A stretch of 64,000 nucleotides of DNA from Nitrospirales bacterium (GTDB lineage: Bacteria; Nitrospirota; Nitrospiria; Nitrospirales; UBA8639). Positions 1-64,000 of this stretch are shown one piece after another. Every line of letters begins with the position of its first letter. Position 1 is the first letter of the stretch. A program made the translations under genes and the position numbers. The notes beneath the pieces were generated by a model, which had not been told where the DNA came from, did not search any database, and saw only the letters and a list, made by a program, of their open reading frames with translations. The DNA lies in contig CBDBCZ010000014.1 in the NCBI GenBank assembly GCA_965203295.1, forward strand, positions 448,001-512,000, given 5' to 3'.

Positions 1-553
1 TTACAAGTCTTTTTGCAAGGAAATACAATTTAAAAATTACTTGCAGGGGGTTGGGGATCCAGGAACACGATTAATGTTTAAGTTTAGGTCGGGAACTAAT
101 GGTCTGAATAAAGAGTTTGGAAGACATTGGGGTAAAAAGGATGATAGGCAGTGTAAGTTATGTTGGGATGAATGTGAGAGTGTAGTACATGTGCTCTGGG
201 AGTGTCCTGTGTATGATACTATTAGCAATACTTTCATAGAAGACTTAGACAATCTGTTGGGTGGGAGTTTTGAAAAGTTTAGTGCACTGAATAATTTTGA
301 GAGGACGGGCTTTGTTTTAGGGTGTGAAAGATATGATTTTAAAGCTTTATTAAGGTTAGTTAAGAGTTTTATTTTATTAATCTGGGATACTAGGAAGAAT
401 AAATTATATGGCTATCAGGATGGTAATGGTGAAACATCTGGTTGCTTTTGCTCTTGTCCTCTGAGTGGAGTTCTTTCAAGCTCCGCCTGTGTATGTGGGT
501 GCATGGTCGATGGCGTAAGCACTACGGCAGCAACATGAGTATATTATTATTAC
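1..553 (+). mobile_element. LINE (non-LTR retrotransposon) 3' end with C-terminal CCHC motif
   Basis: CKLC...ESVVHVLWEC; closely similar to about 12070-12628; ends in (TAT)n tail. Confidence 0.85.
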
Positions 554-1451
554 TCTGAACATAGTTATACGTTTTGGGCTGTACGTATTTCAGGGCTGCA
601 GTTACATACATATGTATGTATATTAGAAGCGATTATGGAAGCTTATACAGATACATAGCTGCTCCCTAGCCATTCATATTCTGATCTGTGAATATTAAAC
701 CAAGATTTAGGGATGAACTGTTAATCTTATTAGTCATATGAGTGTTCTTTACACACCTTACCCACTACACATGTACAGCTAGTGTCCAAACCAAAGTGCA
801 TGGAATGTTTCTCGTTGAACACGCAGCAACTCACAGTAGTAGTATGAGCTGACACAACCAATAGTTGGAGGGGTCAGGCATACGTCTTCCTGTAGTTGTG
901 ACAATTCACTACTACAGGAGGACTTGCCATATAAGGCATTCATCATTGTGAGATGGGATGCGAAGGCATGCTCAACTGGAGTGACATTCACCAACTTTGC
1001 ATGGCTATCCAGTATATATCTCACTGCCATGGCTAAACTCCACCCTTTCTCTCGTCAATGGCGAACATTACCGGGAGGATCATCATCAGCTACATTCTCT
1101 GTCTTTTATGCTCAGAACACACTCTGCAGAGGTGTAGCTAGCCACACGCTATAGGCAAAGTTTTGCACGTCTATTTATTCACCGTGTATTACAGGACCAC
1201 GGGTGCTATAGTATATGCGCAATGCCCCTACATAACGTTCGATGTATTTTCAACAGCAGTTTCTTGATTTCATTTTCTGAACAACACATACATGTTATTT
1301 GTAAGTACTGAAACATGGCTGAGACACAAGCTGATTTTCAGATACTTAATTATATCACTGCTGTCATTGTTCATTGCTGCTGCTCTTCCATTAATCAGTG
1401 TCTGATATCATGCAGTATCTAGTGAATAATAATCTGTACTCACTGTTACAG

Positions 1452-61604
<60,153 letters not shown>

Positions 61605-62665
61605 GTACTTGCTGATTTTGTGTTAATGAGTAGCCTGCCTTGTAGTAATTGCCTTTACTATGAATAATCCTAATAATTATATTTAAAACTCACTTGCGTA
61701 TATCATGTAGCACTATATGTAGCAGTCCTGTGTAGCAATTGGAGATTATTCTGTCACGGGTTTTGATGGCTTCATTTCCTCGAGAGCATCGTGTCTTTAA
61801 GCTTCCATTGTAGCATGGTGTGTTGGCGGTTCAAAGGCACCAACAGTGCAATATATTCCATACTGCATTCGCTTCCGGTGCAATGTACATAATGCACCAG
61901 AAGACAGCATATATTTCACCGAAAGCTTGACCAACTAGAGCTGGCTAGGCTCTCTAGAGCCCTGTAGACATTCACCAAACGGTACCTGGCTGGATATTTC
62001 GAATACACGCTTCAAGAACGTACTAGAATTCAGTATGCTTGACCGACTAGGCTCTCTACAGCTTTGTAGACACTCACCGGAAGGTACTTAGCTGGATATT
62101 TTAAATGGTAAGCATGACAAAAAGGCTTTAAATGCAGAATTTGCTTGAGACATACGTACACAGTGTGTGTCGATAGTATTTATACTGCTCATTTGAACCC
62201 ATATATTAATGGAAATTCCGAGATACAGCTCTTTCGAACAGAGCAATTTGATTGAAATACAGGAAAGCTTCCTACGTCGTAGGACTGCCACACATATTGT
62301 TGTATGCTTGCTCACACGGTGATATATGTATTATCGTATGCATCCTGACACGATGACATGGGGGGAAATACTTTAAACTTGTTACACTTCATTATGGATG
62401 GATGTGCATACAAGTACATAACATATTACCAATTAGACATACATTCATAAAGTAACATGGAGTATGATAGTACATATATAGTAGTACTTCGTATGTAGTT
62501 CGGTTAGCCATACATACATAAAGTAACATGGAGTATGATAGTATCATGGAATAATAGTAGTACTCCATATGTAGTTCGGTTAGCATTGCCAAAACTATCA
62601 CTTGGAGTAACACATTGGGAAGTCGCCAAGCAGCCTCAGTTACCAGTGTCCTGTTTCTTCTTTCA

Positions 62666-62707
62666 CTCCTCCTCCTCCTCCTCCTCCTCCTCCTCCTCCT
62701 CCTCCTC
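62666..62707. repeat. (CCT)n microsatellite
   Basis: About 14 CTC/CCT units. Confidence 0.95.
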
Positions 62708-64000
62708 ATTCTTTTCTTCAGCAAGGCTAGCACAATAATGGCTAAAGTAATTACTAACATGAACATGCCGAAATATCTCTGCACGAATAGCATAGATTTT
62801 CAAAGACATCGGATGGTTCAGCAGTGATTCACAAGTGCCTTTGTGTGGATGATTGCATTTACGTGCCATTTCAGGACCAGGATTATGCATGTGCAGACTG
62901 CCTGTAACTCTGTCTTTGCCTTCGATTGTGCTGCCTATTCTCATCTGGTCTGCTTGCATCTCATGCTTTATGGCTGTGTCGGTTACACGAACTGTATCAC
63001 TACAACTGAATAGACTTACTCATATGGCTACATATATTTTGATTGTACAATTCTAGGACGGCTTCTGGCCAGAGGTGCCATTGAAAGTTAACTGTAGCCT
63101 TGCATGACCAGACTCTAAATGATGTCACAAAGAAAACATTCATATCACTCACCTGTAAGTATCATACACAAGTCCTAATGGGAGGGGGTGATACTGAAGA
63201 GGCCAGGCAGTCATTCATTCGTTTGACACTAGGTTTTACCATACTGGCCTTTTGTCCCTGAAAATTGCATTTCAAAGCATATTAATCGATACACACAATT
63301 CAAATTTAATGTAGGACAATACTAGGGTGGCGATTACGATTGTAGCAGTTGTATGTAGTACCATCATCAACTTTATCTTCAACTTCCTCCATATGAGCAA
63401 TTTCCATCTCCCATTTCTACCTCCTTGAGCCAAATGATACCATGTACACAACCATTCTCCCTTGATAAACAACAAAAATAAGCTACAGGAAAAACATTTT
63501 TAAAAATGAAAGAATATGTGGAGATGAAATTAAAAAAAAAATAAGGTAGGAACTATGCCGTAATGTTTTTACGGACTACCATTCCTACATCTTTGGACAT
63601 TTTACCACCCCCCCCCCCACACACACACACACACCACAGTCCCCTACATGCCACACCAGCCACATTCAAACCATTGCAACATTTCACAACACAGTGTTCC
63701 CTCACCCATCCAACTCACACTTTAACTTAATATTCTGTTGCGGCAACATGCACTGTGTACTCATTACTACTCACATCATTATTACATCCTCTCACTATCA
63801 CAATTCATATGTACCTACCATGTTCAGCAGCAACAAACAATTGCTGTTCACAATGCAGACCTTTGTCTCCCTCACCCCATGTAACAAATTCCACGAGACA
63901 TGGTTGGCATAGATAAAGAGGAGATGCGGAAGTATTGTGGTATAGATAAAATCTAGTTCGTACGTACCTTGTGTTTGGTTGGGATTCCGTGTGTTTTTTT

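Noticed and set aside
62392..62959. ORFs with poly-Arg, poly-Leu, poly-Ser or poly-Glu, including a TM-like hydrophobic run
   Set aside because: All are translations of the (CCT)n microsatellite; none fits the expected next GAIN exon or a 7TM.
63051..63100. Candidate next exon after ttctag
   Set aside because: In the required phase it reaches TGA after about 8 codons and does not resemble exon 38.

Overview
Eukaryotic (animal) genomic DNA; the domain content and repeat families suggest a demosponge, which is an inference. The whole window lies inside one large + strand gene, with neither start nor stop visible. I traced 51 GT-AG exons by eye (1452-61604, about 7.9 kb of CDS, about 2,600 aa) that splice in frame without stops. 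Predicted architecture: [SRCR x3 - EGF-Ca x1] - [SRCR x3 - EGF x6] - [SRCR x3 - EGF x4] - [SRCR x3] - HormR - GAIN/GPS (intact CTHL|SMFGVLV) - Cys linker - Ig-like - possible SEA-like - second HormR - second GAIN (continues past the window). The first SRCR is only half present. This is an adhesion-GPCR-like scavenger receptor whose first GPS is followed by more ectodomain and a second HormR-GAIN cassette, not by a 7TM; that is the most unusual feature here. The introns are crowded with transposon-derived sequence: LINE remnants, non-autonomous Helitron and Helentron/DINE-1-like elements, TA-flanked MITEs, a 496-bp foldback element with a 9-bp TSD, and Penelope-like inverted repeats with degenerate hammerhead-like cores. 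There is also a repeated tRNA-Thr(AGT)-like unit that keeps its upstream TATA box. Exon models and domain calls come from manual reading and need RNA-seq and HMM confirmation.
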